From: Saccharofermentanales bacterium
Lineage (GTDB): Bacteria; Bacillota; Clostridia; Saccharofermentanales; DTU023
Length of the DNA stretch: 64,000 nt
Reading direction: 5' to 3'
Assembly: GCA_050951845.1 (NCBI GenBank)
Contig: JBMNJV010000001.1
Span: forward strand, 712,304 to 776,303
Positions 51,600 through 61,434 of the stretch are shown here, piece by piece. The translations under genes and the position numbers were made by a program. Position 1 is the stretch's first letter, and the number at the start of each line of letters is the position of its first letter. A model generated the notes under the pieces. It did not search any database. It was not told the origin of the DNA and saw only the letters and a program-made list of their open reading frames with translations.

Positions 51600-51877
51600 G
51601 GTGAGAATGCAGCCGCTTTTTAATACTGAAGGACGAATGATGTGCAGTTTTATCCATGGAGAATGACCTTTTTCTATCTCGGTCGGATCATATCTATTCA
51701 GGAAATCATTCTCTATGGATATCCTGTCCTGATGATGCTTTGGTATGGCAGGTACGGTACTTTAAAAAAATTTAGTAATAATCTTAAAATCTAATAATAA
51801 AAGTCAGTTTTTTATGAGAAATTCTTTGTAACAAAATATCATTTTACAACGATAAAAACGGAAAGGGGGGATAATAG

Positions 51878-53116
51878 ATGAATCCTCTGAACATGTTGAA
51901 TAACCCTAAACTTGATCTCTCGGCTGAACCGCCGTATGATGCATTGCAGGCATTTGTCAGAGAAAATCATATTGCACTTAAAGGATTGGATCACGGTCCG
52001 TTAAAAGGATTAACATTTGCAGCTAAAGACGTATTCAAAATACTGGGAAGCACATATGGTAACGGTCATCCTGAATGGCTTCGCACCAATAGTCCTGATG
52101 ATTTTACCAGCAGTTTGATAGTGCGACTGTTAGAATCCGGAGCTGATCTCGCAGGAAAAACGGTATGTGATGAATTATGCTTCAGTATCAGCGGCGAAAA
52201 TTGGCATTATGGCTCTCCGATAAATCCGCATGATCCGAGAAGATATGCAGGCGGATCATCGAGCGGAACCGGGGCGGCAACTGCCGGCGGTCTTGTAGAC
52301 TTTGGAATTGGAAGTGATTGTTTGGGCTCGGTAAGAGTACCGGCAAGTTATAACGGACTTTTAGGTCTTCGGCCGACTTATGAAAGAATTCCCAATGACG
52401 GTGAAGCTCCATACTGTAAAAGTATGGATGTACTGGCTTATGTAGCAAAAGAGCCGGAAACATTCAAAAGAGTATCCGGTGTAATGTTAGGTGAAGATAA
52501 ATTCAAAACAACGTTTAATAAAATGATTATAGCAAAGGATTGTTTTGCTGCTGTAAACAAAGATGTGCAGGAGGCCCTTCAACCGGCTGTCGCTTATATC
52601 GCTGAACATGTGTCTTCTGTTGAGGAAACCAATATCAGTTTAGAAGGCTTGGATAGATGGGTTGAAACTTTTCAGCATATTCAAGGATATGAGGTTTGGG
52701 AAAGTTATGGAAGTTGGATCAGAAAATATAATCCCCGATTATCCAGAGGACCTAAAGAACGATTGGAATGGGCATCGACAATTACAATGCAGCAATATAA
52801 AAATGCATATTCCCGGCGTGAATTCATTATTGAAAGAATACATAATCTTCTTTCAAATGACACGCTTATTATAATGCCGACAGCTGCTTCGATTGCACCT
52901 TTAAGAAGTGCTCCGCCGGAAGAAATAAATGCCGTGAGAAAACAATCCAGTTTATTGCTCTGTGTTTCACCTTTGACGAATACACCTCAACTGACATTAC
53001 CGATGATAAAGCAAAATAATGTACCTCTCGGAATCAGTTTGCTTGGACCGATAGATTCCGATTTATCATTAGCAGAGTTCGGGGCGGAAATAGTGGGAAA
53101 TTTTTTGGCTTTATAA
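51878..53116 (+). CDS. Amidase-signature family amidase
   Basis: GGSSSGTGAATAGGLVDFGIGSDCLGSVRVPAS signature and the upstream catalytic Lys context (AAKDVF). Confidence 0.85.
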   Translation: MNPLNMLNNPKLDLSAEPPYDALQAFVRENHIALKGLDHGPLKGLTFAAKDVFKILGSTYGNGHPEWLRTNSPDDFTSSLIVRLLESGADLAGKTVCDELCFSISGENWHYGSPINPHDPRRYAGGSSSGTGAATAGGLVDFGIGSDCLGSVRVPASYNGLLGLRPTYERIPNDGEAPYCKSMDVLAYVAKEPETFKRVSGVMLGEDKFKTTFNKMIIAKDCFAAVNKDVQEALQPAVAYIAEHVSSVEETNISLEGLDRWVETFQHIQGYEVWESYGSWIRKYNPRLSRGPKERLEWASTITMQQYKNAYSRREFIIERIHNLLSNDTLIIMPTAASIAPLRSAPPEEINAVRKQSSLLLCVSPLTNTPQLTLPMIKQNNVPLGISLLGPIDSDLSLAEFGAEIVGNFLAL

Positions 53117-53250
53117 AGGTTCAAAGTGTTAAAAAATCAAGAGTTCAGGGCAGATATAGTGGGAAATTTTTTGGCTTTATAAAGGTTCAAAGCGTTAAAA
53201 TAATCAAGAATTCGGGGCAGAAATAGTGGAAATTTTTTGGCTTTATAAAG
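53074..53250. repeat. ~66-bp tandem repeat x ~2.7 overlapping the amidase stop codon
   Basis: AGAGTTC/AGAATTC...TGGCTTTATAAAG units start at 53074, 53140 and 53207. The first encodes the real C-terminus (EFGAEIVGNFLAL*). Confidence 0.9.
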
Positions 53251-53335
53251 AGCGCTTTGGAGATTTTAAAAGATAATTGGCAAAAGTGCAGTTGCTGATA
53301 ATTATCTTTTAGCTGAAAACACATAAAAATGAGTT

Positions 53336-54994
53336 TCAGATCTTAGAATTGTTGTTTGGATCTTTCAGCAAATTATAAGCCGTCACTCCTAAATAAAGTG
53401 ATAGTTTATCGGGGATTATATTTATGTCTAAGCCGGTCAGTTCCTTAATTTGATTCAATCGGTAATGGAGCGTATTTCTATGAATAAATAATTCATCTGC
53501 TGTCTGAACTTTATTTTCATTATTTTTAAAGAACACATCTAAGGTGTAAAAAAGATCTTGCAAATTAGATTTATTGTCGAGGATCGGCATAATGGTATCT
53601 TCTACAATACTATTCAATTTGTGATTATTGTCATTGTATAGATATTTCATGATTCCTAAGTCAATATATTCATTCATGACAGCATCTTTTTCTCTGCCTA
53701 TCTCAATAGCAATTAAAGATTCCTGATAAGCATTACCTGTCCGTTCTATCCGCTGATACTCTTTACTCAATCCGATATTTAAATCTTTTCCTATGATATT
53801 GTCTATGAACATGTCAGATACATTTACGATATTCTCTATTTTCGATATTATATTATTTAACTCATGTTGATTATTTCGATTCAGATTATAAAATATCACA
53901 ATTAAATTATCTTCATAAAAAAATATAAATGTCTTTATACCGGTATTTTTACTGATAGTATTATTCAATTTACTTAAATAATACGAGTAATTGTAATCAT
54001 CATTACCGGCAATGTCTTTGGAGAAATTTAAATTCTTTACGGATATCGTTAAAACCTTGAAATTACTTCTGAAATCTAATCCTGAACTCTTTATCTTCCT
54101 GGCAAACAATTTTTTATTTTGCGGAATATAATTTATCAATTCCATACCGATCATGGAATTCATCTTATGATCTACAAGCTTTTTCTTTTTGTTCTCCCTA
54201 AGTATAAATTTTAATATGGGAAATATGTAATCTATTGTGATTAATTCAAAATTACTTAATGGCTCTTTATTCTCTCTCCATAAGGAAAAAACCCCCAAAG
54301 TTTCAGATTTGAATTTAAGAGGAAATATGTGTCTTTCTATAAAATTATTAATATTTACGGAGATTACCCGGTTGTTTTTAACAAAATAATAGCTGTTAAA
54401 ATAATCTGTATTATTGTCCCGCTCATCACAGATGGCATCCGTTAAAGTTTTCGAGTACTCACCGTTGCTATAACAAATCGGATTTTCCAGATAATGACTT
54501 TCCAGACTAACATTTCCGTTTAACAGTTTGGAAGCGGTACGAATAAATCCATCCAAGTCTTCTTCATTCAAAGCCTCATCAAAGATTTCTTTTGTCTTTT
54601 CGTCCAGATCATATTTTAACATACCGATCATAACTTCAGATATTATCTGACTGAAAGGTGATTTATAAGGGAGGCTGATAATTGGCAGTCCGTATTCATT
54701 TGCTAAATCTATTATCGGACTGCCTTCTATTTCAAAGTACCTGTCCATTTTTATTCCTAAAGCCGCACAACCTTTTTCCTTTAGCATGTGAACCAAACAA
54801 GCCAGGTCTTCAGGATTTGTATTGATGGGGTACCCTGTTGTTAAAATTAACTCATTGGGTCTGACCCAATGCATACTATCCGGGGCATCCATGATATTGA
54901 CAGATTCTACCTGATTATTGATAAAATCTCCGCCTGCAACTAAACCTCCGCCCTGCAAAGAATCAAGGTTTAAGATCTCTTTAACGGTTATCAT
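53336..54994 (-). CDS. PucR family transcriptional regulator
   Basis: C-terminal PucR-type HTH (TADELFIHRNTLHYRLNQIKELTGLDI) and an N-terminal purine-catabolism-regulator-like domain. ATG 54994 follows AGGAGG. Confidence 0.8.
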   Translation of the reverse strand: MITVKEILNLDSLQGGGLVAGGDFINNQVESVNIMDAPDSMHWVRPNELILTTGYPINTNPEDLACLVHMLKEKGCAALGIKMDRYFEIEGSPIIDLANEYGLPIISLPYKSPFSQIISEVMIGMLKYDLDEKTKEIFDEALNEEDLDGFIRTASKLLNGNVSLESHYLENPICYSNGEYSKTLTDAICDERDNNTDYFNSYYFVKNNRVISVNINNFIERHIFPLKFKSETLGVFSLWRENKEPLSNFELITIDYIFPILKFILRENKKKKLVDHKMNSMIGMELINYIPQNKKLFARKIKSSGLDFRSNFKVLTISVKNLNFSKDIAGNDDYNYSYYLSKLNNTISKNTGIKTFIFFYEDNLIVIFYNLNRNNQHELNNIISKIENIVNVSDMFIDNIIGKDLNIGLSKEYQRIERTGNAYQESLIAIEIGREKDAVMNEYIDLGIMKYLYNDNNHKLNSIVEDTIMPILDNKSNLQDLFYTLDVFFKNNENKVQTADELFIHRNTLHYRLNQIKELTGLDINIIPDKLSLYLGVTAYNLLKDPNNNSKI

Positions 54995-55721
54995 TGTCTT
55001 CCTCCTGCTGTATATTTTGAGCAATATAAGTAGGCCTATTTATATTATTTTACTGAAACGTCCTGACGCTATACTATTCTGATGAATGATTACCAAAGGA
55101 TAATATTTCCGGCAGAGTTGTCACTATTACTCGAAGCATAAGAGATATGCTATATTATGATTTTCACAGTTTTGGAATCACTATTTTGATTTTTTTAACT
55201 ATAACCGCTCATTACGCTTATAAGATATAACACAATATTTAAAATATTCACTAAATAAGTCGTTACCCACATTTGTTTACTGCCATTTAATTACAGAGGA
55301 TCTGAAGTTACCCAAACACTCCGTTAAATTAATTGATTGTGACAATTTGGCACCAGCTGAATCGCTTTCTGCTTTTTCTTATTTTAACATATTTTACCCG
55401 AATAATTTTTAATTTTCTAAAACAACGAATTGAAAGACATCTGACAAGGATGTATAGTCCTGCCGGAAAAAATCTTTTTATGGGATAAAGTAAATCAACG
55501 TCTTTTCCGGATGTTATGTTTTTCTTTAATTTTATGGATAATAATACAAATATTACTATTGACTATATTGTGATTTTGCAATATTTACACCCCTATATAT
55601 TAAAGCTATAATATGGATTAAAGCTATAATTAGTTTTTTGTTACAATTCTCTTCTGTATCACCACACTGTTCATAAGAGAACTGTAACAACTCATTTCTA
55701 ATGTAAAGGTAAGGTGGTACT

Positions 55722-56252
55722 ATGCAAAAAACCAAGTTCAACATGGAGATCTTAGATTCGGGCAAACTGCGCGAACTGGATGCCTTTATCGAGGCAGAGG
55801 ATAATCCGCAAGGCAGAATCATTAATATTCTGCACGAAGCTCAAAAACTCTTCTCCTATCTCCCACAGGAATTGCAGCTTTATATAGCACGCAAGATCAA
55901 TATGCCGGCAGCGAAGATTAACGGTATTGTCAGTTTTTATTCGTTCTTCTCACAAGAACCCAGCGGCAAATACACAATCAGTGTCTGTATGGGCACTGCT
56001 TGTTTCGTCAAAGGTGCTGATGCTGTGCTTCAGGCTTTTCGCAACGAATTACAACTTGAAGATGGTCAGAAGACAAGTGAGGACGGTCTCTTTTCTCTGC
56101 GAGATGTACGCTGCATCGGTGCCTGCGGTTTGGCACCTGTCGTCACCATAAATGATCGAATCTTCGGTCATGTCAAAGAGGCAGATGTTAAAGGTATTAT
56201 TGAGGAATACAGAGAATTAGCCAGACAAGAAGAAGCGGAGGTGGCACAATGA
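55722..56252 (+). CDS. hydC: [FeFe]-hydrogenase NuoE-like 2Fe-2S subunit (HydC)
   Basis: Thioredoxin-like ferredoxin Cys pattern (C..ACF...C.GAC). Stop overlaps the hydB start. Confidence 0.85.
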   Translation: MQKTKFNMEILDSGKLRELDAFIEAEDNPQGRIINILHEAQKLFSYLPQELQLYIARKINMPAAKINGIVSFYSFFSQEPSGKYTISVCMGTACFVKGADAVLQAFRNELQLEDGQKTSEDGLFSLRDVRCIGACGLAPVVTINDRIFGHVKEADVKGIIEEYRELARQEEAEVAQ

Positions 56253-58108
56253 GACTGAATTCTTTTGATGCTCTCTATGAATTACATGAAAACTTAAAAT
56301 CATTACTTGACCTTCGTTCCGATGAATTGCAAGCCGATGAAGCAAAAAGCGGTCCCAGAGATATTCTTGTCTGTGGCGGTACCGGTTGTCATTCTTCACA
56401 AAGTGCTGAAATCATCACAGCTTTACGCGAAAAAATCGCTGATGCAGGTTTAGAAGATATCAAAGTTATCCAAACCGGATGTTTCGGTTTCTGTGCTCAA
56501 GGACCGATCGTTAAAGTACAACCCGAAAACATATTTTACGTTCAGGTAAAAATGGAAGATCTCGACGAAATAGTAAACAGCCACCTGATAGGCGGCAAAG
56601 CTGTCGAGCGTTTACTTTACACCGATCCCCGCACAAAAGAGAAACAAAAACATTATCTCGATATGGACTTTTATAAAAAGCAGCAACGTGTTGCTTTGCA
56701 TAACTGCGGTCTGATCGACCCTGAGTGTATTGATGAAGCTATTGCTAACGGCGGTTATCTGGCCATAGCCAAAGTTCTGAGCGGTATGACACAAGATGAT
56801 GTTATCAATGAAATAACCGCCTCCGGACTGCGTGGTCGTGGTGGAGCCGGTTTCCCTGCAGGTAGAAAATGGGGATTTACCAAAGCTTCGGTAAGCGATG
56901 AAAAATATTTCATCTGTAATGCTGACGAAGGCGATCCCGGTGCATTTATGGATCGTTCACTTTTAGAAGGTGATCCGCATGGCATCCTTGAAGGCATGAT
57001 GATCGGCGGTTACGCCATCGGTGCAAATACCGGCATTATCTACATTCGTGCTGAATATCCGCTGGCTGTCTATCGTCTTGAAACAGCTATCGCTCAAGCT
57101 CGTGAATACGGACTTTTAGGTAAAAACATACTCGGCACGGATTTTAATTTTGATGTCCAGATTTCACTTGGAGCCGGTGCTTTTGTCTGCGGTGAAGAAA
57201 CAGCTCTCATTCGTTCGCTCGAAGGAAATCGTGGTGAACCCACACGTAAACCGCCTTTCCCGGCAGAATCCGGTTACAGGGGAAAACCAAGCAACGTCAA
57301 TAATGTTGAAACCTTAGCCAATGTTGCTTCCATTATCTTAAAAGGTGCGGATTGGTACAAAACGATCGGAACAGAAGGTTCCAAAGGAACCAAAGTTTTT
57401 GCACTGGCAGGTAAAGTAAATAATATCGGCCTCGTTGAAGTTCCGATGGGTACAACCTTACGTGAAATTATTTTTGAAATCGGCGGCGGTATTGAAGGTG
57501 GCAAAAAATTCAAAGCCGTACAGACAGGTGGTCCTTCCGGTGGTGTTATCACCGAGGCTGACCTCGATACACCTATCGACTTTGAAAGTCTGACATCCAT
57601 CGGTTCCATGATGGGTTCAGGCGGAATGATTGTCATGGATGAAGATAACGACATGGTTGAAATTGCCAAGTTCTATCTTGAATTCACAATGGACGAATCC
57701 TGTGGTAAATGTACTCCTTGCCGTATCGGTACCAAACGTATTTATGAAATGCTGGAAACACTGATTGAACAAAAAGGCGATCTTGAGACATTGGAAAATC
57801 TGGATACTTTATGTCGTACCATTCGTGAGACGGCACTCTGTGCATTGGGTCAGACAGCACCTAATCCGGTACTTAGCACAATGAAATATTTCCCTGAAGA
57901 ATATGAACGTTATGCCAGACATGAAGTGAAAAAATCTTATTCCATAGATCCGGAAAAATGTATCGGATGTACTAAGTGTGCGCGTAGTTGTCCGGTATCC
58001 TGTATCAGCGGCAAAGTTAAAGAAGTACATGTAATCGACGAAAGCAAATGTATTGCTTGCGGGGCCTGTTTTACAGCCTGTCCGTTCCAAGCTATCGTCA
58101 AACCTTAA
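56249..58108 (+). CDS. hydB: [FeFe]-hydrogenase NuoF-like NAD(P)H/FMN subunit (HydB)
   Basis: GLRGRGGAGFP FMN/NADH motifs, ESCGKCTPCR, and C-terminal 2x[4Fe-4S] CxxCxxCxxxCP. Confidence 0.9.
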   Translation: MRLNSFDALYELHENLKSLLDLRSDELQADEAKSGPRDILVCGGTGCHSSQSAEIITALREKIADAGLEDIKVIQTGCFGFCAQGPIVKVQPENIFYVQVKMEDLDEIVNSHLIGGKAVERLLYTDPRTKEKQKHYLDMDFYKKQQRVALHNCGLIDPECIDEAIANGGYLAIAKVLSGMTQDDVINEITASGLRGRGGAGFPAGRKWGFTKASVSDEKYFICNADEGDPGAFMDRSLLEGDPHGILEGMMIGGYAIGANTGIIYIRAEYPLAVYRLETAIAQAREYGLLGKNILGTDFNFDVQISLGAGAFVCGEETALIRSLEGNRGEPTRKPPFPAESGYRGKPSNVNNVETLANVASIILKGADWYKTIGTEGSKGTKVFALAGKVNNIGLVEVPMGTTLREIIFEIGGGIEGGKKFKAVQTGGPSGGVITEADLDTPIDFESLTSIGSMMGSGGMIVMDEDNDMVEIAKFYLEFTMDESCGKCTPCRIGTKRIYEMLETLIEQKGDLETLENLDTLCRTIRETALCALGQTAPNPVLSTMKYFPEEYERYARHEVKKSYSIDPEKCIGCTKCARSCPVSCISGKVKEVHVIDESKCIACGACFTACPFQAIVKP

Positions 58109-58119
58109 GGAGAACGCAT

Positions 58120-59862
58120 ATGGAAAAAATAAAATTAACTATAAACGGTATCGAAACAGAAGTTGAACAAGGCAGTACGATTCTCGAGGCAGCAAAATCT
58201 GTCGGAGTCTATATTCCGACACTTTGCCATCTCAATTTGGAGGGTTTCGAAATTTGTAACGAGGTCTCTTCTTGTCGTGTCTGTATGGTAGAAGTAGAAG
58301 GTCGTCCTGCTTTGGTTACCGCCTGCAGCGAAAAATGCGCTCCGGGTATGGTCGTCCGTACCGATTCGGTACGAGCATTAAATGGCCGTCGTACTTCACT
58401 GGAACTTTTATTGTCAAATCATCCTAAAGACTGTTTGGTTTGTGCCAAAAACTTAGACTGTGAATTGCAGTTCCTGGCCAAAGAGCTCAACATCAATCAG
58501 ATCCATTATGCCGGTGAGGCGATGAATTATCCTGTTGATACAACTTCATGTTCATTTATTAAAGATCCTAACAAATGTATTATGTGCCGTCGCTGTGAGA
58601 CGATGTGTAACGAGGTGCAGACGGTTGGTGTTCTCTCTGCTTTGAACCGCGGTTTTAATGCAATCGTGGCACCTGCCTTCAATTTGGAAATGGGAGAGAC
58701 ATCTTGTACATTCTGTGGTCAATGTGTTGCTGTTTGTCCAACCGGAGCATTAACGGAAAAAAATGAAGTGCAAAAAGTCTGGCGTCAATTAAATACTCCC
58801 GGTAAACATGTTATTGTACAAGTTGCTCCCGCCGTACGTGTCGCTATCGGTGAACTTTTCGGTATGGAACCGGGCTCTATCTCAACCGGAAAACTGGTTG
58901 CCGCTCTGCGTCGTTTAGGTTTTGATGCTGTCTTCGATACAGACTGGGCTGCTGACCTGACCATCATGGAGGAAGCATCCGAATTGATTCATCGTTTACA
59001 AAACAACGGTGTCTTACCTCTCTTAACTTCTTGCTGTCCGGCCTGGGTCAATTTTATCGAACATCAATTCCCGGATATGCTCGAGATTCCTTCAACCTCC
59101 AAATCACCGCAAATCATGTTCGGAGCCATGGCAAAAACCTATTATGCTGCAAAAACGGGACTTAATGCCAATGACATCTGTGTTGTTTCGGTCATGCCTT
59201 GTATTGCTAAAAAGGCCGAAGCCGCTCGTCCTGAACTTTCCAAAGATGATAACAGAAATGTCGATATTGTTATCTCTACTCGTGAATTAGGTAAAATGCT
59301 GCATGAAGCCGGTGTTGACTTTGCCAGATTAGAAGATGAAGATTTTGATCAGTTAATGGGCGAATCTACCGGTGCCAGCGTTATTTTCGGTACTACCGGC
59401 GGTGTTATCGAAGCTGCCGTTCGTACAGCTTATGAATGGGTAACCGGTGAAACTCTGGAAGATGTTGAATTTACTCAATTGCGCGGTCTGGAAGGAATCC
59501 GTACAGCCAGTGTTCAGATGGGTGACATCACACTCAATATCGGTATTGCTCATGGACTCGGTCATGCCCGAGAATTATTGGAAGGTGTCCGTTCCGGTAA
59601 ATATGATTTACATGCTATCGAAATAATGGCTTGTCCGGGCGGTTGTATCGGCGGTGGCGGACAACCGTATCATCACGGCGATGTTGAAATTTTACGCAAA
59701 CGTCAGGAGGCACTGTATCAGGAAGATCGCAACAAACAACTCCGCATGTCCCATCAAAATCCGATGATTCAAAAACTGTATGAAGAATATCTGGGTGAAC
59801 CCTACGGAGAACTTGCTCACGATCTTTTACATACAACCTATACTGCTAAAGAACGTATCTGA
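58120..59862 (+). CDS. hydA: [FeFe]-hydrogenase catalytic subunit (HydA)
   Basis: H-cluster motifs TSCCPAW, MPCIAKKAE and EIMACPGGCIGGGGQP. N-terminal 2Fe-2S and 4Fe-4S modules. ATG 58120 follows AAGGAG. Confidence 0.92.
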   Translation: MEKIKLTINGIETEVEQGSTILEAAKSVGVYIPTLCHLNLEGFEICNEVSSCRVCMVEVEGRPALVTACSEKCAPGMVVRTDSVRALNGRRTSLELLLSNHPKDCLVCAKNLDCELQFLAKELNINQIHYAGEAMNYPVDTTSCSFIKDPNKCIMCRRCETMCNEVQTVGVLSALNRGFNAIVAPAFNLEMGETSCTFCGQCVAVCPTGALTEKNEVQKVWRQLNTPGKHVIVQVAPAVRVAIGELFGMEPGSISTGKLVAALRRLGFDAVFDTDWAADLTIMEEASELIHRLQNNGVLPLLTSCCPAWVNFIEHQFPDMLEIPSTSKSPQIMFGAMAKTYYAAKTGLNANDICVVSVMPCIAKKAEAARPELSKDDNRNVDIVISTRELGKMLHEAGVDFARLEDEDFDQLMGESTGASVIFGTTGGVIEAAVRTAYEWVTGETLEDVEFTQLRGLEGIRTASVQMGDITLNIGIAHGLGHARELLEGVRSGKYDLHAIEIMACPGGCIGGGGQPYHHGDVEILRKRQEALYQEDRNKQLRMSHQNPMIQKLYEEYLGEPYGELAHDLLHTTYTAKERI

Positions 59863-59907
59863 AAACATCATAAATATCAGTCGTTCAGGGCTTAACTGAA
59901 CTGGTAA

Positions 59908-59945
59908 AACACCCGGTATCAAAACAAACCGGGTGTTTCTTATTC
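59908..59945 (+). terminator. Terminator of the hydrogenase operon
   Basis: Stem AACACCCGG (59908-59916) and CCGGGTGTT (59929-59937), followed by a T-rich tail. Confidence 0.7.
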
Positions 59946-60220
59946 TTACTCTGAATCTTTATCCAAGTAATTTTGCCTGAACAGATGCTCCGTCTGAAAA
60001 GCCTGTAAGAACGAGCCTTTAGATATTTTCAACTCGGAAAAGAAGCGGAATTGCGGACGAATAGAAAATCACATTTGTATGCTTTTTGCAGACAAAAGCA
60101 CATTTCCTTAAGTTTATAATTATTTGTAAGTATATATCATTCCGGGTGGTGTTGGATTATAAACACACGATGGAGAACAGTAACATTGCTACAGAAAATA
60201 AAAAAGAAAGGATTTTGAAT

Positions 60221-61321
60221 ATGAAAAAAATTTTAACCAGAGTGATTGCACTGATTATGTGCACGATGATGCTATGCGGTTGTGCAGCTAAAAAAGAGGC
60301 TGATAGCAGCGATAGCGGCACACAACCTAAGTCATCCGAAAGTAAGACGATAAAAACCTCTGAGACTTCTGCAGAAGCTACGACAAAGTCTTCTGAGAAA
60401 CCAACCACGGAATCAACCACGAAACCCACCACAGTACCTACCACAAAGCCAACCACAGCACCTACCACAAAGCCTGCTACAACACCTGCCACGGAAGCTT
60501 CCACAGCACCTGCCACAGAAGCTTCCGCGGAACATTCCGTAAAGTCTGCCGAACCTTTACCGGAAGAACTTGTCGGACACTGGGAGGGAACCGGAGAGCC
60601 GGAGAGTGGCGGCAACCCCATCAAATTGACCGTAACTGTCAATGCCGACGCCACCGGTGATTATACGTTCGAACAGGCGGGATATAAGGAAAGTTATCCG
60701 TTTACACTCGAAAAGAACAGCAACAGCTTTTCCGTAAATATTCCTGAAAATGATAAGGCATTTAAATCCTGTGGCGGTACATATGAATATGCTGACGGCG
60801 TACTGACATTACACATCAAGACGGTATTTTTGTCCGGAAATAGCTACGCATACACTGCTGTCTGTACAAAACAGGATGAATCACAAGCGGATAATCCCCC
60901 GGCGGAAGCAAATGTCGATCTTGCTGCCGCTGTCGAGTATATCAAAAACAATGAGTCCGTTGACGGCATGAAGCCCGGTGTAACGAAGTGTGACATTACG
61001 GGAATGCTCGGTGAGGAAGATGATTTCCCTGCGGTTATTATGGAAAACATGCAGATGTTTTATTTTTCACAGGGATATATAATAAGCTATCTAGATTCAA
61101 ATAAGATAGTCACGGTTGTAAGCGCGATGCCGCCGGCTGCAGGGAAAACCGCTAGAGGTATCGGCATAGGCAGTACCGAAGAGGAAGTCAGAGAAGCATA
61201 CGGTGACGGCATTAACACAAACCTTTCGGAAGAGGGGAAGATTGTGTTCGGAGATGAGAGTGCATCGATTGAGTTCATCTTAGAAAACGGATTCGTAAAA
61301 ATTATCAATCTCTCTTATTAA
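60221..61321 (+). CDS. Lipoprotein with a Pro/Thr-rich linker, function unknown
   Basis: MKKILTRVIALIMCTMMLCGC lipobox, then a TTKPTT-type linker. The track start at 60086 lacks signal-peptide logic. Confidence 0.65.
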   Translation: MKKILTRVIALIMCTMMLCGCAAKKEADSSDSGTQPKSSESKTIKTSETSAEATTKSSEKPTTESTTKPTTVPTTKPTTAPTTKPATTPATEASTAPATEASAEHSVKSAEPLPEELVGHWEGTGEPESGGNPIKLTVTVNADATGDYTFEQAGYKESYPFTLEKNSNSFSVNIPENDKAFKSCGGTYEYADGVLTLHIKTVFLSGNSYAYTAVCTKQDESQADNPPAEANVDLAAAVEYIKNNESVDGMKPGVTKCDITGMLGEEDDFPAVIMENMQMFYFSQGYIISYLDSNKIVTVVSAMPPAAGKTARGIGIGSTEEEVREAYGDGINTNLSEEGKIVFGDESASIEFILENGFVKIINLSY

Positions 61322-61339
61322 CTTGGTGCATAAGATTCA

Positions 61340-61380
61340 GGGTGCATAAGATTCTATCCGAATCTTATGCACCCTTATAT
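61340..61380. terminator. Bidirectional terminator between convergent genes
   Basis: 15-bp perfect stem GGGTGCATAAGATTC (61340-61354) and GAATCTTATGCACCC (61360-61374). Confidence 0.75.
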
Positions 61381-61434
61381 GGTAATGTGACGAAAACTCC
61401 GTGAGTAATGAATTAACCGATGCAGATGCAGAAT

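Noticed and set aside
55025-55721. The 700-bp AT-rich region upstream of hydC, including an 88-aa minus-strand ORF (55556-55822).
   Set aside because: I could not recognise a regulatory motif or RNA element. The ORF overlaps the hydC start and has no signals.
58048-58119. The 24-codon extension of hydA (track start 58048) overlapping hydB.
   Set aside because: ATG 58120 (MEKIKLTINGIE) has AAGGAG upstream and matches the usual HydA N-terminal 2Fe-2S ferredoxin start.
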